DNA of 64,000 nt. Source: Bacteroidota bacterium. Its GTDB lineage: Bacteria; Bacteroidota; Bacteroidia; 2-12-FULL-35-15. The stretch spans positions 4,371 through 68,370 of the forward strand of contig SXIH01000011.1 of assembly GCA_005772895.1 (NCBI GenBank). Direction: 5' to 3'. Under the pieces are notes generated by a model. It saw only the letters and a list, made by a program, of their open reading frames with translations, was not told the DNA's origin and ran no database searches. A program made the translations under genes and the position numbers. This document shows positions 10,452 to 18,755 of the stretch, piece by piece; position 1 is the first letter of the stretch; every line of letters starts with the position of its first letter.

Positions 10452-12437
10452 GTGATAAGATTGAAATATTGTACACTCCTTTTATTCTTTGTTTTTCCTT
10501 TCTTAGCTTTTGCACAAAGTTCGGGATTGGATTCTCTTAAATTGTTTTTAGATACTGCAACTGGTGAAAATAAAGCTAGTATTTTGAATGATATATGCTT
10601 TCAATTTCGTTTTTCAGATCCTACTTCAGCAATGAAATATGGAAATTATGGTCTTGAATATGCTACAAAGAATCATTATAAGACTGTTGTTTATTTGCAT
10701 AATAACGTTGGTATTTTATTTATGGATAAAGGTCAATATGAAAAGGCCTTGGAAAATTTTATAAAAGCAGATAAAATCGCTGAAGAACTTGGTGATAAAA
10801 AAGGAATGGCTATGTCCTTAGTTAATATTGGTGCGGTATATCAATTTCAGAATCTTTATGAGAAAGCTCTAATTAATTACAATTCGTCATTAATGCTTTT
10901 TAGGGAGATTGGTGAAAATAGGCATGTTGCTGATGTTTTAACGTCTTTTGGAGGCCTATATTATGAACTTAAAGATAATGAAAAAGCGCTTGAATATTTT
11001 TTGCAGTCTTTAAAATTGATGGAAGAATTAAAAAATAAGGAAGGAATAGCAGGTGGATTGAATAATATTGCTGTTATTTATGAAGAGATGAAAAATTACT
11101 CCAAAGCTATGGAGTACCATAAAAAATCATTAAAGTTAAATAGAGAAGAACTAAGTACAAAATCAATTTCTGCAAGTTTGTATAACATAGCACTTATATA
11201 TTATGGCCAAAAAGATTATGATAATGCTATTAGTTACATAGATACTGCTATGTTTTATGCAAAAGAGGTTAGCGCGTTGGAGTTTTTAAAGGAACATTAC
11301 ACAACTCTTTCAGAAATTTATTACAAAAAGAACGATTTTAAAACATCTTTACATTATTATACCTTACTATCTGATTTAAAGGATACTTTACTTAACAAAG
11401 ACTTAAACAATCAGATTGTTGAGATGTCTACTAAATATCAAACAGAAAAAAAGGAAAAAGAGAATCAGATTTTAACCCAAAAAAATGAATTACAAGATTT
11501 AAGTCTCAATCGTCAAAAAATTATAAATTACTCAGTAACAGTCGGCCTAATTTTAGTAATAGGATTGGCGTTTTTTATTTTCAGAGGTTATAAACAAAAG
11601 CAAAAAGCAAATTTACAATTAGAAGAAAAGAATGTGCTAATTGAGCAAAAAAATAAAATTGTAGAAGAGAAAAATAAAGACATCACAGATAGTATTCGTT
11701 ATGCGAAACGTTTACAGAATGCTATTTTAAAACCTGAAAACACATTGACAAATTACTTTGACGATGGTTTTATTTTATTTAAGCCAAAAGATATTGTAAG
11801 TGGGGATTTTTATTGGTTTGAAAAATTTGGAGATTTATCATTAATTGCTGCAGCGGATTGTACCGGGCATGGTGTTCCTGGTGCTTTTATGTCGATTATT
11901 GGATGTAATTTATTGTCTCAAGCAGTAAATGAATATGCAATTACTCAACCAGCAGCAATATTAAACTCTATCAATAAAGGGTTAACGAAAGTGTTGCAAC
12001 AAAAAGGTGATGCAGATTCCTTTGTCACAGATGGTATGGATATAGCTTTGTGTTCATTCAATCCTAAAAAAATGATTGTAGAATACTCTGGTGCATATAA
12101 TCCAATGTGGATAATTAGAGATAATAAAGTAATAGAATTTGCTGCCGATAAATTTCCAGTTGGTGCATTCATTGATAGCCAAGTTAGGATGTTTAGTTCT
12201 CACGAAATTCCAGTTCAAAAGGGAGATATGATATATATGTTTTCTGACGGATATGCTGATCAGTTTGGTGGACCATTAGGAAAAAAATTCAAGTACAAGC
12301 CATTGCAAGCATTGTTGCTTGAGAACCATAAAAAATCTGGTGCAGAACAAAAAGCTGCCTTAAACAAAGCTTTTGAAAATTGGGCTGGCAATTTGGAGCA
12401 GATTGATGATGTTTTGATAATTGGAATAAAAATTTAA
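10452..12437 (+). CDS. TPR-repeat sensor with one predicted TM helix and a SpoIIE/PP2C-type serine phosphatase domain
   Basis: Signal peptide, TPR-like repeats over the first ~350 aa, one hydrophobic helix (VTVGLILVIGLAFFIF), a coiled coil, then PP2C motifs: SGDFYWF, AADCTGHGVPGAFMS and MFSDGYADQFGG. Confidence 0.75.
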   Translation: MIRLKYCTLLLFFVFPFLAFAQSSGLDSLKLFLDTATGENKASILNDICFQFRFSDPTSAMKYGNYGLEYATKNHYKTVVYLHNNVGILFMDKGQYEKALENFIKADKIAEELGDKKGMAMSLVNIGAVYQFQNLYEKALINYNSSLMLFREIGENRHVADVLTSFGGLYYELKDNEKALEYFLQSLKLMEELKNKEGIAGGLNNIAVIYEEMKNYSKAMEYHKKSLKLNREELSTKSISASLYNIALIYYGQKDYDNAISYIDTAMFYAKEVSALEFLKEHYTTLSEIYYKKNDFKTSLHYYTLLSDLKDTLLNKDLNNQIVEMSTKYQTEKKEKENQILTQKNELQDLSLNRQKIINYSVTVGLILVIGLAFFIFRGYKQKQKANLQLEEKNVLIEQKNKIVEEKNKDITDSIRYAKRLQNAILKPENTLTNYFDDGFILFKPKDIVSGDFYWFEKFGDLSLIAAADCTGHGVPGAFMSIIGCNLLSQAVNEYAITQPAAILNSINKGLTKVLQQKGDADSFVTDGMDIALCSFNPKKMIVEYSGAYNPMWIIRDNKVIEFAADKFPVGAFIDSQVRMFSSHEIPVQKGDMIYMFSDGYADQFGGPLGKKFKYKPLQALLLENHKKSGAEQKAALNKAFENWAGNLEQIDDVLIIGIKI

Positions 12438-12438
12438 A

Positions 12439-12801
12439 ATGCTTTTCAAAAAACAAACTACCTGGATAAAGTTGTTTGAATCTGTAATCGCAGCAAATAA
12501 CCAAATTGCCATAGGAAAAGTTTCTACTATTCAAGTTGGAAAGAAAAAAGTTTGTATTGCCCATACTTCCGAAGGTTTTTTTGCCGTTAATGATAAATGT
12601 CCACACAATGGAGCATCATTAGGCAATGGTTATTGTACCGACCAAGGAAGTATAGTATGTCCAGTTCACAGATATCACTTCGATTTAAAAACGGGTAGAG
12701 CAAAAAGTGGGGGAGGAGATTATGTTCATCCTTATCCAATTGAAATTCGTGAAGATGGCGTTTTTATTGGCTTTGAAGAAACTGTCTGGAATCTATTCTA
12801 A
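12439..12801 (+). CDS. Rieske [2Fe-2S] domain protein
   Basis: CPH...18 residues...CPVH arrangement (CPHNGASLG...CPVHRYHFD). 120 aa. Its start overlaps the stop of the upstream phosphatase (TAAAATG). Confidence 0.7.
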   Translation: MLFKKQTTWIKLFESVIAANNQIAIGKVSTIQVGKKKVCIAHTSEGFFAVNDKCPHNGASLGNGYCTDQGSIVCPVHRYHFDLKTGRAKSGGGDYVHPYPIEIREDGVFIGFEETVWNLF

Positions 12802-12878
12802 AATATTTTTAATCTCACATGTATCTTCATTTCATTTCTCCGTTATAAGAATAAAGTTCTTAAAAAAGGAGGTATAAA

Positions 12879-13739
12879 ATGAAATCGTTTCACCCAATTA
12901 GTTTTCTTTTGATTGCATTTAGTCTTAGCGATATTCCTGTATTTGCTAATGCAGTGTTATCTGTTGAAGAAGCAGCAAAAAAAGGTTTTGTAAAATTATT
13001 CATTAAAAGCAAAGGAGGTTATACGGGAGAAGTTATTGAAATGAAAGTGCAGAATTTAACCAATCGTAAATTGGATTTAAAAGTAGAAGCTGGAAGAAGA
13101 TTGGATTCTAAAAAACAAAATGAACAAGATATTCTTGTTACGAAAGAACAAGAGTTTTTTGTGAATTCGAATCAAACAAAATCTTTAAATGTTAGTGGAA
13201 TGTGTTGCCAAGCTCACAATGCATGTCCAACCATTAAGAACGAATATTTAGTAGGTAAATTGGCCGACAGTAGTTTAATAAAACTAGCTATGTATATTGA
13301 TAAAAATAAATATTATTCAAATTATTCTGCACAACAAGCGGTTTGGGTAGTATCGGATGATAATTCAATAGGAAGTATTGATGATGGTGATAAGGAAATA
13401 AAAAATAATTTGAGAAATTTTGTTTCTAAGTTAACCGGAAAAGTAATTCCACCTTATGATATAAGTTATCAAAGCGGGAATGATGGAAGTGCTATGGGCA
13501 GAGCTGTGCGTATAGAAGGTGTGTTTGATTATAGTTTGCCAATGGCATGTCATTCAACAATGGGTATTTATAATGAACGAGGTGAAATGGTGCAATTGAT
13601 TTTTGAAAATTTGCAAAGCGATAGAGGAGAATATAAGCACTATTATACTTTCAGAATAAAAGATTTACCACAAGGAACCTATTATGCCAGAGTGAATGCG
13701 GATGGAATGTTGCAAAAAGAGATGAAGATTGTGTTTTAA
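12879..13739 (+). CDS. secreted hypothetical protein with a T9SS type A C-terminal sorting domain
   Basis: Signal peptide. The C-terminal ~70 aa (GIYNERGEMVQLIFENLQSDRGEYKHYYTFRIKDLPQGTYYARVNADGMLQKEMKIVF) fits the T9SS type A CTD pattern. Confidence 0.5.
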   Translation: MKSFHPISFLLIAFSLSDIPVFANAVLSVEEAAKKGFVKLFIKSKGGYTGEVIEMKVQNLTNRKLDLKVEAGRRLDSKKQNEQDILVTKEQEFFVNSNQTKSLNVSGMCCQAHNACPTIKNEYLVGKLADSSLIKLAMYIDKNKYYSNYSAQQAVWVVSDDNSIGSIDDGDKEIKNNLRNFVSKLTGKVIPPYDISYQSGNDGSAMGRAVRIEGVFDYSLPMACHSTMGIYNERGEMVQLIFENLQSDRGEYKHYYTFRIKDLPQGTYYARVNADGMLQKEMKIVF

Positions 13740-13803
13740 TTAAAATTGTTTTGTTTAGAGCGAGAAAGAAGCGAAGTCGGAACATTGACTTTGCTTCTTT
13801 TGT

Positions 13804-14658
13804 TTACTTCCCGAAATAGTCTTCAAAAGAAAATGTTTCTTTTAAACGAACTCCTTTGTCGGTATTTTGAACAGTGCAACATTGATTAACAGAATCATGT
13901 TCAAAGAACAAAACAAACTCTTCATCTGCAGCGAGTTTCAGGAATTTTTCTTTTTCGGTTAATGTTAGTAAAGGACGTGTATCATATCCCATCACATAAG
14001 GCAATGGAATGTGACCAGCAGAAGGCAGTAAGTCGGCCATAAATGCTACCGTTTTTCCTTTATACTTAATTTGAGGAATCATCATAGCATCTGTATGCCC
14101 ACGCATATAACTAAGAGAAATATTTTCACCTAATTGTTTGCTATTTGCTCCATCTATAAATTTTAATTGTCCGCTTTCCTGAATGGGAATAATGTTTTCT
14201 TTTAAGAAACTGGCTTTTTCCCTGTTATTAGGTTTTGTTGCCCATTCCCAATGTTCAGAATTGCTCCAATAGGTTGCATTTTTGAATGCTGTTTCAAAAC
14301 CTGTTTTTTCTTTATTGTATTTAATGCTTCCTCCGCAATGATCAAAATGCAAATGTGTTAAAAACATATCTGTGATATCATCCGAACTAAATCCTGCTGT
14401 TTTTAATGAGTTTTCTAAAGTATCATTCCCATTTAAAAAATAGTGACTGTAAAATTTAGCATCCTGTTTGTTGCCAATTCCATTATCGACTAATATTAAA
14501 CGGTTCCCATCTTCAATCAATAAACAACGCATAGCCCAGTTGCACATATTGTTTTCGTCTGCCGGATTTGTTTTGCTCCATAATGATTTTGGGACAACAC
14601 CAAACATAGCACCACCATCTAATTTAAAATTTCCTGTATTTATTACGTGTAACTTCAT
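13804..14658 (-). CDS. MBL-fold metallo-hydrolase
   Basis: HLHFDHCGG (HxHxDH) motif. 284 aa. Confidence 0.75.
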   Translation of the reverse strand: MKLHVINTGNFKLDGGAMFGVVPKSLWSKTNPADENNMCNWAMRCLLIEDGNRLILVDNGIGNKQDAKFYSHYFLNGNDTLENSLKTAGFSSDDITDMFLTHLHFDHCGGSIKYNKEKTGFETAFKNATYWSNSEHWEWATKPNNREKASFLKENIIPIQESGQLKFIDGANSKQLGENISLSYMRGHTDAMMIPQIKYKGKTVAFMADLLPSAGHIPLPYVMGYDTRPLLTLTEKEKFLKLAADEEFVLFFEHDSVNQCCTVQNTDKGVRLKETFSFEDYFGK

Positions 14659-14726
14659 ATCTACGAATTACGAATTTTAACGAATTACGAACCTGCCTAC
14701 CGCAGGTAAGTCTATGTGTATTAATT

Positions 14727-15428
14727 TTATTGTATTGCTTCGCTTGCCTTTACAACATGTGTTTGTAAACCGCAACCGTTGTATTTTTTATCATTTAACT
14801 GAACACGAACAGAAAAGTCGTACTGTTTATCAATTGCACCATTGCATTTTTCTTTTTTGATTACAATATTGATTTTATTTTCTCCGTCAGTAGAATTGTA
14901 GGTTGTAATTCCATTTTTAATTTCAGGTTCAGCATAAACAAAATGAGTAGTTTTTTGCTCCATCGGATTATAAAAATCTATCAAATCTTCTCCCTTTGAA
15001 ATTTGGATTACCCAAAAAGGTTCAAATCCTGTGCACCAAAAATCAGATTGGATACAAGTGTTTTTGTAGTTTTTCTGTTCCGCTTTTAGATTATCTGAAT
15101 AAATAATAGACCCAGAATCGTTCGGATCTATACTGGCATTCATTTCAACGTATATTGCTTCGTCAGAATATGCATTTGGCAATATAAGATTATACATTGA
15201 ATCAACTTCTGATGTATTTTTCAAAACCATCAATTGTCCGCTTTCACAATTTAAAAAATTTGATTGGTGTGAACGGTACAATCCCTGAAAGTGTTTAATA
15301 TCTGGTTTGATTTCTCTTCCAATTTCAATGCTGTCCGATTGCAACGAAGTATTACTTTCGGGATTTGTTTTCACATTGCAGGCCAATAAAAATAGAATTG
15401 GAGCAATTAATAATAATATTTTTTTCAT
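14727..15428 (-). CDS. hypothetical lipoprotein
   Basis: Signal peptide with a lipobox LLAC. No other motifs. Confidence 0.45.
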   Translation of the reverse strand: MKKILLLIAPILFLLACNVKTNPESNTSLQSDSIEIGREIKPDIKHFQGLYRSHQSNFLNCESGQLMVLKNTSEVDSMYNLILPNAYSDEAIYVEMNASIDPNDSGSIIYSDNLKAEQKNYKNTCIQSDFWCTGFEPFWVIQISKGEDLIDFYNPMEQKTTHFVYAEPEIKNGITTYNSTDGENKINIVIKKEKCNGAIDKQYDFSVRVQLNDKKYNGCGLQTHVVKASEAIQ

Positions 15429-15468
15429 TTACTTATAATATTAATATTTAGATTGTGCCTTGTAAACA

Positions 15469-15521
15469 CTTCGACTCCGCTCAGTATGACATTTAGGCCG
15501 TCAGTCTGAGCGGAGTCGAAG
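15469..15521. repeat. perfect 16-bp inverted repeat (hairpin) with a 21-nt loop in an intergenic region
   Basis: CTTCGACTCCGCTCAG at 15469-15484 is the exact reverse complement of CTGAGCGGAGTCGAAG at 15506-15521. No adjacent T-run. Confidence 0.5.
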
Positions 15522-15542
15522 ACTTGTTAAAAATATTACTTA

Positions 15543-16178
15543 TTAATATTTACTCTTCCAGTTTTTGTATTCTGTAGCATCAATTTGACGAAGAATTGCT
15601 TTTATAGCACCTGCCCAATAGTTGCGCATACCAACACCCATAGCTTTACCGCTCATTTTTTCACATACCAATACTTTTTTAGTTGCGATATCGAAAAATA
15701 CTACATACAAAGTTGCTTCTTGAGTTCCCTTATTAAAATTTTCAATAATAAAAGATACTCCGATTCCTTCTTTTTTAATGTCAGCAGAATATTTTTTTAT
15801 CATTCCATCAACTTCGCTTCTTTCAATTTTCCCTTCGTTGTAAGCCATACAAGCATCAACATCAATTTTACCATTCAATTCATTTATTGATTTTAAATCG
15901 TAAATAACATTGTCTTTGCGGAAAGATTTTTTGAAATCGAAATTTTGTGGTTCTTTTGCAACCAATGCATTCCAACCTGGAATCCATTTTGATTTCATGT
16001 CTGAACCAGTTGCAGGTGCTATTCCTCCCGCCTGATCAAATCCTCCAACAAATTTCGCTTTTGTGAAATCTAATCCAAACCAAACAATTTCGGTTGAAGA
16101 TAAAGCCGATTTTGCATCTTGTGCTTTTGCGAATGATCCGCTTGCTACAACAAGCAGAGATAAAATTATTTTTTTCAT
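15543..16178 (-). CDS. secreted hypothetical protein
   Basis: Signal peptide ending AKAQ. 211 aa. No motif recognised. Confidence 0.45.
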   Translation of the reverse strand: MKKIILSLLVVASGSFAKAQDAKSALSSTEIVWFGLDFTKAKFVGGFDQAGGIAPATGSDMKSKWIPGWNALVAKEPQNFDFKKSFRKDNVIYDLKSINELNGKIDVDACMAYNEGKIERSEVDGMIKKYSADIKKEGIGVSFIIENFNKGTQEATLYVVFFDIATKKVLVCEKMSGKAMGVGMRNYWAGAIKAILRQIDATEYKNWKSKY

Positions 16179-16211
16179 GTGATAAAAATTGTTTTTATTA
16201 TTTATTATTAA

Positions 16212-18701
16212 TTATTCAATGATTAACATTTCAACACGTCTGTTTTTCTGACGACCAGCTTCTGTTTTATTATCAGCAATTGGTTTTTTGTGACCAAACC
16301 ATTCTGCCTTGAATCTATCAGCTTTAATGCCTTTGCTTACCAAATAATTCTGAACTGCCTTAGCACGTTTTTCTGATAATTTTAAGTTAGTTGCTGGTTT
16401 ACCTTGGTTGTCGGTATGTCCAGAAATTTTTAATCTCCAGTTTGGTTTCTTAGCCATCAATGCAGCTAACTCATCTAAAGAAGCCAATGATTCAGTTTTG
16501 ATAATATCTTTTGCAGTTGCAAATTCTAAATTATCAAATGCTTTCTTCAATACTTCTTCTTCTTCTTTGTTCAACTTAATAGCAACGTCTTTGTTGTCTT
16601 CTGGTTTCAATTTGCTGTCATCTACTTTTAATACAATGAAACGGAAGTAGCGGTCCTTCTTAACATCTCTCAATGCTTTTTTAGCAATTCCGCCAACAAC
16701 AACTTTCACCTCTGTATAAACTTCAGTATTTTCTCCTTCTAAGTTGAATATTACTAATTCATCAGCAGGAAGTTCATCAAAATTGAAGCTGCCATCTTTC
16801 GCCTGAACAGCCGTTCTTAAAGTATTACCTTGTGCGTCAATTAAAATTAATTTCACTTCTGGGCAACCTTTGTTAGCAACAGGGCCTGGTTTATCTGGAC
16901 ACTCATCTTCTTTGTCCATAACACCATCAGCATCTCTGTCAGGACAACCTTTGAATTGTGGTAATCCCGGTTCTTCTGGACAATCATCTTCTTTATCCAT
17001 TATCTTATCTCCGTCTTTATCAGGGCAACCATTAAATTCTGGAATACCTGGATCATCCGGACAAGCATCTTGTTTATCTATAATCTTATCACCATCTCTG
17101 TCAGGGCATCCTTGGAATTCAGGCGTTCCTGGTTCATCTGGACAAGCATCGTCTTTGTCTTGAATATGATCACCATCTCTATCAGGGCAACCAAGGAATT
17201 CCCATGTACCTGGAGTTTCTTTACACTTATCTTTTTTATCTGATACTTTATCTTTGTCTTTATCTCTGGGTTTGCGATACATAATTGGAATTTTCAGCAT
17301 AGCATAAGCATCTGCTCCATAAATATCACTTCTAGAAACCCAAGGACCTAAACTATTTGTTCCTAAAATTAACGGACCAACCCTTAATGCTATTCCCGCT
17401 TTAAAGTTACCTGTTATATCATAGGAGATAGGCACAAATGCTCCGAACCATTTATGATCCCATCTTGGGGTGATACTAAAAGTTGTTAATTCGTGTACTT
17501 TCTCTGCATCTTTTTTGAATCTAGGCGACCAATAAGTAGTAAAATTTGCATAAAAATCTTTATATATATGATAATCCACTTGTAATGCGAACACAGTAGG
17601 TAGATTCATTTTATAATATTCATCTCCTTTGTTCATAGGATAATTCGCATTCAGAAGACTGTCGAAATCATCAAAATTGTCAACACTATCAAATTGGTGA
17701 AGGTTCCATAAATTAATATCTGCTGTAAAGTTTCTGGAGTAGGTTCCTTTTTTGAACTTTGCATAGCCAATATCTAAAGCAGAAAGGCCTATTTTTAGTT
17801 TGTATTTATTTTGATCTCTTCTCCACAATCCTGTTTCTCCATCCATATCGTATTTGAAAGTTTCAAAATCGGGACGGAATTCATAAACAACTCCAAGATC
17901 AAGTCCCCAAGAAAAAAGGGAAGCATTTTTATATCCAACTGCTATTTCATCACCTTCATAAGTAGAGGAGTGCCCATAATTTACATCGGAATGGAAAAGG
18001 GAAAGTGTAGTATCATTTGAGAAATTGTAATCAAGATCTTTGATACTCATATAGGCAGATTGAATACCTTGGATATATTTAGCCGTAATTCCTGCTTTGA
18101 ATGCGTGAGCGCCATCATCTTTAAATACATGTCCGTAACAAAGAGCATACTCAGCCCATGTCATTGTTTGCGCGCTAAAGTTTTGGTTGCTATGCTGTTT
18201 CAACCATAGCGATGAATCTTGTAGTTCGGTATAGGCAAGTCTCGCAAGTTCTGGTTCCAGACCGTCAATATTAATTAGTGTTCTCAATTTTGTTTTAACG
18301 GCAATAGCATTTTTTTGGTTGATGCTAACTAAAAATGAAGGACCGTAGATTTGATTGGAAAAATAAAACGATTTATTTTTGCTATTGTCTCTTGCAGTTA
18401 AATAATTATCTCTAAAAGAAGTATCTGCAAATGCCTGATAATTTGTATCGCTAAAGTCAAATAGTTTGCCAGAATGTTTAAGTGCAGATCTTTTTAGGCC
18501 AACATAATTATTATATGCAGCAAAACTCATACCTGCAAGAGTAACATCAACTTTATATCTGCTATCAACTACGTTAGCAGGATTAATGTCAGTGCCTGTA
18601 ACTCCAGAATAATTACTATTTATGTATCCAAGAAAGTCCTGAGCAAAAGATGAAGCGGTTAGCGTCAATGCAGAAGCTACTAAAAGTGTAATTTTTTTCA
18701 T
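16212..18701 (-). CDS. OmpA-family outer-membrane protein with thrombospondin type 3 (calcium-binding) repeats
   Basis: Likely start [14 protein letters not shown] at 18701. The N-terminal part is beta-barrel-like. Seven TSP3-like repeats follow (DxDGDxIxDKxDxCPxxPG). The C-terminal OmpA domain shows [23 protein letters not shown]...RRVE. Confidence 0.8.
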   Translation of the reverse strand: [829 protein letters not shown]

Positions 18702-18755
18702 AGGTTGGGATATGATTTTAAAGACTAAAGATACAATTTTTTTTAAAATCAAAAC

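Noticed and set aside
14659-14726. Direct repeat CGAATTACGAA x2 plus a short hairpin ACCTGCCTACCGCAGGT between the MBL gene and the lipoprotein gene
   Set aside because: It is short and sits exactly where a terminator/promoter spacer is expected. That is insufficient evidence for a distinct element.
16870-17163. 97-aa ORF on the plus strand rich in S/G/P/L repeats
   Set aside because: It lies entirely antisense to the TSP3-repeat region of the OmpA-family gene. Its periodicity simply mirrors the coding repeats, so it is a spurious ORF.
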